Assembly (NCBI GenBank): GCA_964247055.1
Contig: OZ176050.1
Coordinates: 9,858,001 to 9,922,000 of the forward strand
Source: Paragordius varius
Taxonomy: Eukaryota > Animalia > Nematomorpha
DNA: 64,000 nt
Direction: 5' to 3'
The stretch's first letter is position 1. Each line of letters starts with the position of its first letter. Both the position numbers and the translations under genes were made by a program. The notes under the pieces were generated by a model. It worked only from the letters and a program-made list of their open reading frames with translations. It was not told where the DNA came from and searched no databases. This document shows, one piece after another, positions 35,101-47,659 of the stretch.

Positions 35101-38100
35101 AAACTGGATGAAAATGTCTAAAAGGTAAGTAAAAGTACAGTTGTATTTACAGAAGTGGGGCGTCAAAAACTCGGAAGATAATATTTAATTTTGAAATATA
35201 ATGGTCAGAATAAAGTTAAAAATTGGAATATTTGTGGGAGGATGTTAAATCGATAGCTGAAAAAATGGCAAAATTAGGCTACGTTTTTTAAGGCACATTA
35301 AAAGGAGAAATTCTTGTTAATTGCAAAAACAATATCATATAGTTATAGGAACGAGGCCCTAAGCGCCTTAAAACGAGATGGATGGAAGGATAATAAAAAT
35401 GCAAGCTAAAGGCAGAAGACGCTATACATAAAGTTCTTTGGCGACATTGTTGTCTATGAACGCTCTCACGAGTGAAAACTTGTAACATAATAAATAATAA
35501 AAGATGAAACATAAAATTAAAGACATACTTTAACCTTAATTTTTTATATAATTTATCGTTTTAGGTTACGAAATATGGAATAGAAATGTAAATTTCATAA
35601 ATGTAATCAATTGTTTATATAAAAAAATTAAGGGTTAAAAAATATGGCTGTCTTGTTTTTAAACGTTTTTTTATAATTGAATTTTCATAAAATTTAACAA
35701 AACTTTTAATATTGTTAAACCTATATATAATTACCTTGTTTTAGACACTGGGATGTAAACCAATCGCTAGTTTGGACCATTTTACACCTGAAATGTTGGC
35801 TCACGCTGATTTAGTGGAAGAGGTGCACGGAGATGATAATTCACGACTTGTTAAGGTTTTTTGCTGCAATTAAAGAAATAATACATGCATGGCCAAAAGA
35901 AATATTTTTTTTCTAATAACCGTCATTTTTTTAATTAGGTAACTGGGATAAGTCATCCGGGAGCCACGGTGACCATATTGGTGCGAGGAAGTAATAAGCT
36001 TGTATTGCAAGAGGCTGAACGCTCTTTACACGATTCATTGTGTGTACTACGGTGTTTAGTCAAGCAAAAGTAAATGTTTTTTTGTTATTTTTTGCTAACA
36101 AACAATATTCATACAATTTATGTGATTTTTCTACTAAAACGGGTATTTCCATTACATTTATATGTTTAGTTATTTAATTAGAATAATTCTACTTTTGGTA
36201 AAAAATACTTAATTACATATTGATATATTTATATGGAATTTAGCATATGTAGGGTTGGGTTTTCCACTTAAAATAATTAACGGTTTTACTACTTATGAAT
36301 GCTCTCAATCAGGGTCTAAGTTAATTAATACAATTATAAGGATATTTGTTTTTAGTACAACTAAATAAAAACGATATTTACTAGCAAAATATTTACAAAT
36401 AAAGTTTCTAAGTAAATTTAATATTCTAATCCTTACCTATCTTCTATTTATTATCAATATGTGCCAAAAATTGACAATTTATCGTTAGACACTCTGCCAT
36501 TCTTGCCTAAATGCATTATAACGGTCATACCAAACTTTAGTTATACATTTCTTTTTTTTATATTTTCAAAAAGGGCACTCATAGTTGGTGGAGGCGCTCC
36601 AGAGATTGAAATTGCAACGAAGTTAAAGAATTACATCAGTAGTGGTTCAAGTAAGCCTCATGGTGGCCACACTAATGGAACAGTTGGTGATACAGAAATG
36701 ATGAATGGAGACAGTCATCACAATCATCACCACTCTTCGACTGGTTCCGAAGACTATAAACGGTAACATTTATTAGGTGATTGTATTTTGGCTCTTTTTA
36801 TTAGTTAATATTTGAAATGAACACTTGATTTTGTATTATCTTACTCAGGAAGTACAATCGCTTGCTTGGCTGTCCGAGACAGACATGATTTGCAGTTTTG
36901 AGATATTTTCTTTTAAATCTAGAGTATATAATTTTAATGTCTTAATTGTTTACCACCACCACGATTGAATAATGTTTAAGGTTTTTTAAATGAAATACAG
37001 GGTCTGTTTGGTTTTACGTTTGTATCTTTGTGAATGCTTTGTTATGTAGATTCAAGCCAAATTATTGCCAAATATTTCCAATCAAAATTAAAATACTAAA
37101 AATAAAATCATATTCATTTCTTAGTATTGGCATTTATATAAGCGTAAACAATTTTTGGTTTTAGGTGATGTTAGTATTTTCCAAAAGAATATTAATTCTA
37201 CGTAGAAAATTATATTACGCAGTTTTATTTATACTAGGTTAGAATAATAACTACTAACATAAGATATCATTTTATGTATTATGTTTCCTGTATTAGTGCA
37301 ATAGATGCTATATGTTTTGCCGCTTATGCTGATGCTTTGGAAGTTATTCCCATAACATTGGCCGAAAATGCTGGTCTTAATCCTGTGGACACATTGACGG
37401 AACTAAGAAGTCGTCATACGGTTCTCCACGACGATTCCACCGCTGCACACCAAAAAGTCGATGTTAATGCTGGCATCAATGTTAGAAAGGTAAATTTTTA
37501 ATTTCATTTATGCAGATTGGTTTTTTTCTTTTTTATTGCCCCTTCTTAATTACACCTATGCCATCTATTTGAATTAAGGCAGTATTGCAAAAAAATTCTA
37601 TTTCAAACTGTTAGAATTACTAGCAACTTTATTAAGGAAATTAATTATTAGAAATATGTACAGTTATATTTCGAAAAATTTTGTAATTTATAACTATAAC
37701 GATTACATGTTGCAAAAAATGGTATAAATTTATAAATAAAACAATTTATAAATTATTTTTCGTCTAATGATATACCATTTACCATTCAATCCTTGATCAA
37801 TTTAAATTCACCCTTCAATACAAATTCACTCTAAAAATAAATTGTGTTTTCGGGCTAATATAACTCATTATTAATTTAAAATATATTCTTATGGCATAGT
37901 TTTTTTTTTTCAATATTATATTAATTTTAAAGAACATATAATTTATTGGATGAATATAAATTGTTCTAGGGTGATTTTGAATTGTTTAGGGGTGGATTTG
38001 AACTGTAAATGGTATATATTACCAATGCCTCTTGTGAAGATTATTATTAATTATTTATTATCATATCATATTTGATGCAGGGAATGATAACAAACATGTT

Positions 38101-38519
38101 GGAGGAAAATGTTCTCCAACCTCTGCTTGTGTCTACAAGTGCGATTAAGTTGGCTACTGAAACTGTGATTAGCATTTTGAAAATCGATGATATAGTATGC
38201 TTTTTATAGATAAATATTAATATGTATATATACAGTGACCCCTCCCTCATAATGACCTCGATTGTTGGAAAAAACACAAGGCTCTACCGCCACATGGCCC
38301 TTTTATGAATCAATCATATTAAAAATAATTAAATATTTTCAATTAATATTCTGATTTTTTCATAATATAACTTATATTAGGACGGATCTTGGAAAAGGGT
38401 ATGATTATGAGCATGAGTTGATTAGTTTATAGACCTTATTTATTTTGAAACGCTCATATGAGGGGAATGTAAATTTATATTTATTTTTTAATTGTTTTAT
38501 TTAGGTTCAAGGTCGTTAA
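29163..38519 (+). CDS. CCT4: T-complex protein 1 subunit delta (CCT/TRiC chaperonin), ~590 aa
   Basis: 14 exons: 29163-29283, 29309-29361, 29388-29477, 30085-30342, 31480-31601, 31956-32094, 32226-32365, 32510-32606, 35745-35855, 35939-36069, 36574-36762, 37297-37489, 38081-38194, 38505-38519 (1773 nt); [55 protein letters not shown]. Confidence 0.95.
30411..31005. mobile_element. TAG-ended hAT-like MITE in CCT4 intron
   Basis: Perfect 8-bp TSD GGTGTACC (30403-30410, 31006-31013); TAG...CTA ends; shares ACCATGGTCATGACC motif with element at 50583. Confidence 0.65.
32850..34500 (-). pseudogene. Decayed non-LTR (RTE-like) reverse transcriptase
   Basis: Minus-strand [20 protein letters not shown]...YGNNIIII (degenerate YADD region), GFRASST; many stops/frameshifts. 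Confidence 0.7.
34630..35480 (+). pseudogene. Second, inverted copy of the 3' part of the same RT relic
   Basis: [11 protein letters not shown]...[23 protein letters not shown]; reverse-complement matches 32840-33660. Confidence 0.7.
37775..38012. mobile_element. Family F MITE
   Basis: TA|CCATTTAC...GTAAATGG|TA, internal similarity to 18475-18787. Confidence 0.75.
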
Positions 38520-39433
38520 CCATACAATTAAAACTCACACTGTTTATGCTGCTTATTATTTTTTTACCGTGCTTTAATGTTTAATTGTGTTAATAAATTT
38601 ACTTGATTTAGTTAACTAGTTAATATATTATGTTGATTTTATCATATAAATAACGGTTTTATTATTTTATTGATAGTATAATGAATTTTTTGCATTTGTA
38701 AAATTAAATTTTGGGACCATTATATTCGTGATAATTTTTTAATATGTAAATCAATCAATTTAATTTCTTGATTATAAGATTAATTTTAGATTAAATATTT
38801 TAGGAAAACATTTGTTAGTATATCCATTTGTTTCCCCATCAGCCAAAAAAAGTCAAATATGTGCTACATTAAATTAAACTTCAATATTATCAATTTTTTT
38901 AAAATTACGATATATGTCATTTAAGAAGTATTTACAAGTATATCAAACAACTTCCGATACCTTATGTCGCCATTTTTCAATCCATGATTGTAGCTAAAAT
39001 CATTAGTTTATTTTAAAACTATTTCGTAATTTTGTCTCAATAATTCACATAATTAGTTGATATACTTTACCAAAGTAACTTAAAAAATTTAGATGATAAT
39101 TTGTTAGGATTTTTTATCCAATTTTTCCATACAACGCGTTTTCTTTCCTTTTTAGTCATCTAATTATATTTTCTAAATTTTATGGTCTAACATTGTGTCC
39201 GATATATATAAGAACCTTGGTAAAAATCTTTGATTATTGAAAGAAATACATAATCTTTTTAGAAATTAATATATTATAATTTCGTGCAAACGAATACGTT
39301 TTTAGAAGAACGCGTTGATTTGAACAAATTCTTGATTTGTTTCGGAAACTTCTATAAAAATAATAAACGCAAAACAATCATTGCTTATTATTAATTTGGA
39401 ATAAAGTAAGCCATTTTGAAAATAATATTTATA

Positions 39434-39615
39434 CCATATACATTCAAATTTACCCTAAAAATAATTTGTATGTTTTTGGGCTAATATAATCCTCATCAAT
39501 ATGAAACTTTATAGCATAGTTTATTTTTAATTTTAAACAAAATTTTTTTTAAATAAAGGTTTTTGATCTTAAAAGGCACATAATTTATTTTGATGTGAAC
39601 TTTAAGTGTAAATGG
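39434..39615. mobile_element. Family F MITE, shortened
   Basis: TA|CCATATACATTCAAATTTACCCT...GTGTAAATGG|TA. Confidence 0.65.
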
Positions 39616-40460
39616 TACCTCATTATAATAAATTAATTTTTTTCATTTATCTAAATATATTGAATTAACTGTTCAAAAATTATCAATAAACAAGACAGTA
39701 AAACTATATAAATCCTGACTAATAATCAAAATTACAACCTAACCCGCTGAACAGTAATAAAAATTTATCTGTTATCTTATTTTATAGGCTGTGAAATAGG
39801 TATTCCCTATTAACAGGGATCAAAAACCGAAAATCATTATAATATTAAAATTTAACTGTATCTAATTTTAATGTTACTGATACGCTCTATGTGTTATGTC
39901 TTAAATTTATTAGTTTATTTTAGAAATAATTAGTTGATACTTATTTTAAACAAAGTTTCCGGGCAAACTGATTTTTGTTTAATACTTTTGCCCAATTTTA
40001 GTTCCACTTTTTTGTATAAATGGTTCTATTTCGGTTCTATATTTTCATTAACCCTATAAATTTACTGTAAAAATACCTTTTTTAAGAAATTATTTAATGA
40101 AGTATATAAAATAAAATTTAAGGTGGATGTAACAAAATTTGAAAAAGGAATAAAATTTTAGAAACTGCTAAAACTCACGGTTCATAAAATGGGAATCATT
40201 TGTTGTTATGATTTTTTTTAAAAAAATGGTTATAACAGTTCCGGTTTTAATTGAAAAATTTATTAGTGCTATGCTTCTTAAGAACAGAATTTTTGGCAGT
40301 GTTTGCGAATCTTTGAAAGTAGGTTTGTGCAATATATTTTTTCATTTGAAAAAGTTAGGTGTATCTATTAAAATTTATATGATTAATTTGCAGATGTTTA
40401 TTTGTTTCTTATTTCTTAAATAAAATTAATCCTCTCTTGTTTTTTCCGAAGCAAAATTAT

Positions 40461-40814
40461 TTATTTGACTTCTTCCGTCGGTTTCTCATTGTCTTCTGAG
40501 GCTGTGCTTAAACTTAGATCTGAAGGTATTGGTGATTCCACCGGGAATACAGTAGGAGTATATTCATCAAGTTTTGAATAATCCTTATCTTTTTCGGGTT
40601 GCGAATGTTCTGTTTCAGTTTTTTCCAATTTATCTTTACCACCGTCTCCTGGCCCATCAAAATGAATACTGTACATACTATGGGTTAAATCAACTTTGTA
40701 ATCTTCCCAAACTTTTTCTTCGCTCACTTGAGCTAATTTTTTGACATCAGTAGAGTCCCCGAGTAAGGGTTTGTCAGTTTTAATCTTTGTCAATTTGCTA
40801 CACATATTACCCAT
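40461..40814 (-). CDS. Intronless 117-aa acidic protein with predicted N-myristoylation/palmitoylation motif, unknown function
   Basis: ATG-initiated ORF in a GC-richer island; MGNMCS (Gly2, Cys5, Ser6); natural amino-acid composition; no homolog recognised. Confidence 0.6.
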   Translation of the reverse strand: MGNMCSKLTKIKTDKPLLGDSTDVKKLAQVSEEKVWEDYKVDLTHSMYSIHFDGPGDGGKDKLEKTETEHSQPEKDKDYSKLDEYTPTVFPVESPIPSDLSLSTASEDNEKPTEEVK

Positions 40815-42747
40815 GCCTTTCTTTTATTCTTTTTAAATGTCGTGTTTGTTCCGTTTTATATTTTTATATATATAACGCATTCAACAATCAAATCATAAAT
40901 GTATTATGCATACCAACACAACAAAATTAAATAACTAATTCTATATCTAATTTTTCGTTTTACCAAAAAATTTTAGTAAATTACGATCATGATTTCGGAA
41001 AATTTTGGATCACAATGGTATAAGCAATCGATTTAAAGTGAATGCACTCATTTACCCGATTGTGGAAAATAAATATCCTTTTTTATTATATATTTAAGAA
41101 AATTTCATATTCATTTTACGATAATGCACCAAGTGTAATCATAAATGATTACGGGAACTAAGAGAATACGTCAGATGATTGTGCGCAGCCGATTAATTTG
41201 ACACAATCGCCATTTTTAACATTAAGCGGAAAACAGATAAGTTTAGCCTCCAAAAACTGGCGTCTTATTTTTATCATTAGTAATCATGTTAAATTTTGTG
41301 CCAGAAAAAGACACGCATTGTTTTTCTTCTATCGGAACAAAAGGGCGCTTGAAAGCATCGTTGGATAGAAACCTGTGAAACATGTTGAATCGATTATATG
41401 TTAAACATGTTTTTGAAAATCCGAAAATTATAATTTTAATGTGCAAAAGAGTGGGCGCTCTGGTAGCCCATACAACTGCGAAACGATAAAGAAGGAGTTA
41501 TTGGATGATTAGCCAATTCAAACTCAACGGCAATCTGCAGAAGCACATGTATCAAAAAACAATCAGTAGCCGTCTACGATCAAAAAGAAAGACCAATAAA
41601 AATGGTAAATGTGTCCCTCACAACTCAAATGAATGTCAAATCCAAAATCGCAAAGTGGTGAATCTAGCTTCAACTACGAAAGAAAATCTTTCCAGGTGAT
41701 ATAAGAAAAAGTTTTATTTTGTAAATGCAAAGCGAAAAAAATCGCCTCTTTCGCTTGCCAATCCGGTCTTTTAATACGGAGGCCAAATCGTTTCGGCAAG
41801 AACACCTTGCTATGTGTCATGAAACCAAAACGGTATGTATTATAAACTTTTAAAGTGCGAAAGCGTTAATGCACAACGCTATTACTGATAAATCATTAAT
41901 ATGAACCATGCATTAATCGAAAGATGCCTGGAATGGGTCAAAAGACATGGCAAATAACATGCTCCGTCTCACACAACAAAACCAGTGAAGGACACCCTAA
42001 TAAGAAATATTTATATATCCGTTCTACTCTCCTGATGGAGCAATTTGACTATTACCTCACATCATTGGTGTACACGCTCGCAGATCAGCACCTCAATTTC
42101 CAAGATTTCAAAAATGATTTGACGAATGGTTTGCTGCAAAAGACAAACCGCTATTCTAGTAAGGCCTTCATATATGATTTGAAAAATAAGGGAAATGTCT
42201 AGAAGCCGATGGATAGTATTTCGAATAGAACATAACTATTTCCGTTAAAAATTACGTGTGTTTCTACCAATAAACGGCAAAGACTTATGGCTAGCTCTGG
42301 TATAATATTTGTATGCTTTAATTTTTGGAAAAATTAAATAATCATATTAATTGTTTTTATTTTTTTGAGTAATTTTGAGGGTAATAAACAAATAAGTTTG
42401 TGGAAAGATGAACTCCATTAAATGAATTTAAATGAAAAACTACCGCTTAGCTTAAAATCGGAGAGTCAGCATAGGGTTGTTTATATTAATCTCATTAGGA
42501 GGTAAGTCACTTTAGTGGAGTTTTATAGTTTTTTGGCCAAATTCACAGAAAGTGATTATGTTTATATAACACATTTAAACTGTAATCAGAATTTTGAAAG
42601 ATCAAAAAATCACTTTTCACATTGCGAAACAAAATAGTGAGTCTAATGTTTACCACCTAATCAATGATAGTAACTAAAAATATTGATTGGACGAATAGCG
42701 AAATTTAGATAATTATTGGAGCAACATACATAAACATCACACGCCAA

Positions 42748-42749
<2 letters not shown>

Positions 42750-42786
<37 letters not shown>
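42750..42786. repeat. (TA)n microsatellite
   Basis: Pure TA run. Confidence 0.95.
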
Positions 42787-42787
<1 letters not shown>

Positions 42788-43155
42788 CGGTTGTAGCTTG
42801 GTTTTTATGATAATGAATCGCCTGAGCAGATCCAAAATATAAAAATTGTTTTTATTTTTTTATATAGATACGCGACACAATAATTTTTTAATAAATGCTT
42901 AATAGTAGAAACATCATTAAACAAATATATTTTTTATATCGCCCAACGTCTAATAAAATACGGTTTGGTAAGATCATTGATAATTGTGTCTATACTGGAG
43001 CCCTGCCCAATGACCGCTAGCCTCTCATAATTAAGCTTTCACAATTAACTGCGCATTAAATTAGTTCATGATTATCATAAACTTTTCCAAGTTTTGAGAT
43101 TCCGAATTTTTGAGTCGTTATCGGTGTCAATATGAGGGTAGTCCACTTTATATAC

Positions 43156-44137
43156 CAGGGGTAACCAAACGGTCGACCGCGGTTGACTTTGTGCACTCTA
43201 GATTTCAAAACGTGACCGCCTGAAAATCATATGAGATCAGGATAATATTCAATCTGGGTTCCAAATGTTAACGATCTCTATTAGTTTTTATTCGACATCC
43301 AAATCTGGCAAATTTGCTTTAAGATAATGGTAGAATATTTTAGTTTTACATTCAACATATTATCAAACGGAGATAAAACACGGAAATGTATTCGAGTTTA
43401 TGTTTTGGCAAAAATCTTTTCAATATCATTGACATTTTTAAATGCGGATTACCTTAAATTAGAAAAATCTTTTAAATTATTGTTTTTCAATTGATTTGCA
43501 ATGTTCAATTTTTCTGAGATATTGCATCAAAAAGTAAGATCAACAAGCAATTTTCGATCTGTTAATTGTGGATATAAAAAATCTTTCGTCTGTTAAATAG
43601 ATATAGTTGTAGTAGAAATTGTCCTAATCTTTCTAAAAAAGCAGCCGACTTAATCATCTACCAATTCCTTTAAACTTAAAACTGCGGCGCGACACTCTTT
43701 TCGATTTGACGACTATCTTGAAACATATGTCCATTAATTAAAACCTGTGTAGTGAACCATAAAATTTTGTAAATTATAAAGATCTTTGCCAAAAGCTCCA
43801 AATCCATTTTTTACTTCAATCATCCGAAATTAGTTGCAAGATGTACAGTTAATCATCCATTGTAAATTTAATAAATTAAATAATGTAAATATTTTAGTAT
43901 TTGTACACTGATTGTGGCAAGCAGAGGTCTTTTGAACCATCTATATTTTGACAAAATTAAGATTCTAAATAAAAATAACTACCCAAAAATAATTATTTTT
44001 TGTAATATTTATTTTAAAATGGCCTGTGCTAGTCACTCAAATCCGTATATAAGATATATATATGTAGTTATAAATGAATCTTTTAATACTTAATATTCAT
44101 ACGTGCCCGAGGGAAAAAAGGTTGGCTACCACCCCTG
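43156..44137. mobile_element. hAT (Buster/Charlie-like) non-autonomous element
   Basis: CAGGGGTAACCAAAC.../...GTTGGCTACCACCCCTG; 8-bp TSD TTATATAC/CTATATAC. Confidence 0.75.
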
Positions 44138-47100
44138 CTATATACTCTTCGATTGCAAAGTTAATAATTGTTTTGACCCATTTATTTGCATTCTCAAAAC
44201 AATGTTTTTATTAAAAAAACAGCATATTTAGCTACTTGGACAACAGGTTCAGACTGGGCGCAATTTCCTAAATTGTAATATCAGGCAGTAAGTAGAATTT
44301 ATTCTGATGTAGCATTAGTAAAAACTTGACTCGGGCGCGATATCAATTTTCCATTATCGCACAAACATATTGGAACTAGAATTTGATTATTTGGATGCGT
44401 TTTATTTTAATACCGATGTGGTCACTAGAATTGAGCATCCTCAAGGTAGCCTTTGTCCAATTTCTCCATTAAAACTTGTTATTATGACATACATGCATGG
44501 TTGTTGTAAATTTTTATGAATTAGTTTATTTTGTTAATTTAACAGTATTTTGTAGCTTAACATTTTTTGTATTTTATTGAGCTTGATATGAATCGAGTCA
44601 TTGTAATGGTTTAATGCAGGAAAATAACCCGATGCCCAAATTATAATTTGAGGCTATTTTGTCTTAAGGTGTGTTTTATAAAACCTAGAAGCAAAAATAT
44701 AGATTAAAATATTTTTTATTGCACAAGATTCGGTTTTCAACGATGAGAACGAAAATTATTGAAACTATTTCATAATTTTTACAATCTAACATATAAGGCT
44801 TATAAGATTAAGTACTATATGGAATATTGTATTTTAAATGTGTTTGCCATTATATGTTTTATAATCATTCAGAGACGAAGAATGGTCTAAAATGACCATA
44901 TCTATATATTTATAAAAATGGAAAGTGGTGGCTTTGTGATCTGTTTCTGGAAAACCGGGAGACCCATTCAAACTCAAATATCCAAAAAATATAATCATTA
45001 ATGGATGCCCCGACAATAGCTTCGCTCTTTTTTTGAATTAGGTCCCCAGTTCGGCCCACCCCGTGTAAACGGATTTTTTTCGAAACTGGAATCCACAATC
45101 GTGTCTTTGAGACAATTTTTCCGAAAACGTGTTGGACCATTCGATTTCAAATATATTTTTTTTACTTATTTTCGATTGCGCCGAACATAGTCGGCTCAAT
45201 TTTTTAATTTAGGCCCTCTTTTTACCCGCTCCCTGTAAAATGCCACTTTTTTCAAAAAATTAAGTCCACAAAAAATATTTTTGAATCTATTTTTCGCCCA
45301 AACTTTGAGACATAAAAATTCAATAAGGATTCCAGGTATTCCCTGTTAAAAGGCAAAAATTTTGGTAGAGCGTTTCTTTTATATTGGCTGCCGGGTAAGG
45401 AGATACCCGCTAAAAACTGACCCCTCATATCGAAATAGCGTGCCTTTGGGGCTAAATTTCAGAAAAACTATCAGGCCATATGAGTTCAATAGCTGCTTAA
45501 AATATTACCCGTAACAAGGCAAAAATTTTAGTCTAGCGGTTTTTTAAAATTAGCCGTTAATTAGGCCCATTACGCCCTGATAAATGCGCTATCAGTGAAC
45601 TATTATGTTTTGAAGCCATTCTTCCAAAACTATTAACATATGGAAAGGCATTCCCCTATAAAGGCAAAATTCTTTTTCGAACGTCTATTTTTATATTGGC
45701 TCTGGGTAGGGGGCTACCCGCTAACAGCTGCGCCACTATATCGATGCAGCGTGATTTTGGAGTCAAATTAAAATTTATCAGACCATATGAGTTCAATAAG
45801 GGCTTGAAATATTACCCGTAAAAATAAAAAATTTAAGTAGAGCGGTTTTATTAAATTACCCCTTAATTAGGCCCTTGCCCAGAAAAATGCGCCACCATAG
45901 AATGACTTTTTGGTTTTGAGGCAATTTTTTAAAAATCCCACGAGAGCATATGGAATCAATCATGATTTCAGGTATTACCCAAATTAAGGCAAATCGAGCG
46001 TTTTTTTGCTTCGCCCCTGATCAGGGGGATACCTGCATAAAACTGCCACACTATATCGATACAGCATGCCTTTTGAGCCAAATTTCAGAAAACCTATGTG
46101 TCTAATAGGAACATATGGAATCCATGATACCCCACATAAAGGCAAAATTTTGCTCACGGCTTTTTTTATACCTGCCTCTGAGTAAGGGGCAACCCGAAAA
46201 ACTACGCCACTATATAGAAATTGTGTTGTTTTGGTAGTGGAAAATTTAGAAGCGATATGAGTTCATTAAAAGCTTGAAATATTACCCGTAACTGGACAAA
46301 AAAGGTCAGGCTTATTTAATCAGACGTTAATTTGGGGCCTTAATGCCCCTTATAATACGCCATCATATAACGATTATTTAGTGTTGAGGTATTTTTTTAA
46401 TACATGAGACGATGGTATCAAAGAGGATTTCAAATATTTGCCCTATAAAGGGAAAGAATTTAACTCAGCGCTTTTCCATATAGGTTTATGGGTAAGGGGT
46501 CCGGTTTAAAACTGAGAGGCCATACAATGGCGTGGTTTTGGAGCTAATAAAAAACCTGAGAAGACATACGAGTTTTAAACACATTTCTGGCTAATTTGTA
46601 TATCATTCTTTCCTTTAAAAGGGGACCTAAAATGAGTTACTTTTTATATCTACACAATTTCAAAATAAAACTTTTAACCATAATTTCGCAATACGAAAAT
46701 GTTAAATTAAATCCAATGATAGTTGAATATTAACCTTCATAAGAGACAGTTTAAATATGGTTAATTTAGAGCAGCGGTGTCCAACAGGGTACTCGCGAGC
46801 CACTAGTGGCTCATTGAAAATTTTGAGTGGCTCTTTGAAAATTTTGAAAAAAAAAATTTTTTTCAAGTGACGAAAAAATTTGAGGTGCGGATTTATTACG
46901 ATTTTACATTTTTTTAATTTTTTTGTATGCGCTTAAAAAGATGAAGAAAGCATGTATTTAAATTTGGACCAAAGCTAAAAATTATTTTGAAATATTTACA
47001 TTTTGTATGACTTTTGGGGTAAAATTACCCTAAAAGATTATGAAATGCGAATATATAAGATATTACGCATTAGTAGGAATCATTGCATAAAATAATAAGA

Positions 47101-47454
47101 TGAAAATTTGGAATATTATTATTTTTCAATAGTAAAGAAGCTTCTTTAAAATGAATATACTTATAATAATATATTTTAAATTTTACATTTTAAAATTCGA
47201 TGACAGGGTCATTGGTGTTAATAAGGGAAATTTTGCCTTATTTTTAGTTAAATAAAATGCGAGATTTATTTAATCCTATTCATTTAATATCTTAGTTAAT
47301 GTTAAATCAAAAATGGTTTATTTAAAAGTCGGTGCATATCAAATGCTATGTTATAATTTTAAAACTTCTTAAACAATACATAGTAAATAGCAGACTAGAA
47401 TTCATGGGGTTATTTTTTATCAATACTGCTCTTCATATCCTATTGTATTTCGGA

Positions 47455-47585
47455 TTTATGTCCGTATAAAAAAATTGTCCGTATATAAAAAAATTTGTCC
47501 GTATAAAAAAAATTTGTCCGTATAACAAAAATTTTGGCCGTTGAAAAAAAATTTGTCCGTATAAAAAAAATTTGTCCGCAAATTA
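47455..47585. repeat. ~19-20 bp tandem repeat (AAAAAAATTTGTCCGTAT)n
   Basis: About six visible units. Confidence 0.85.
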
Positions 47586-47659
47586 AAAATTATAATTTTT
47601 TGATTTTAACACTATGTCTGTTATATAATAATTATGTCTGTTAGTTTCAAAATTCGTCC

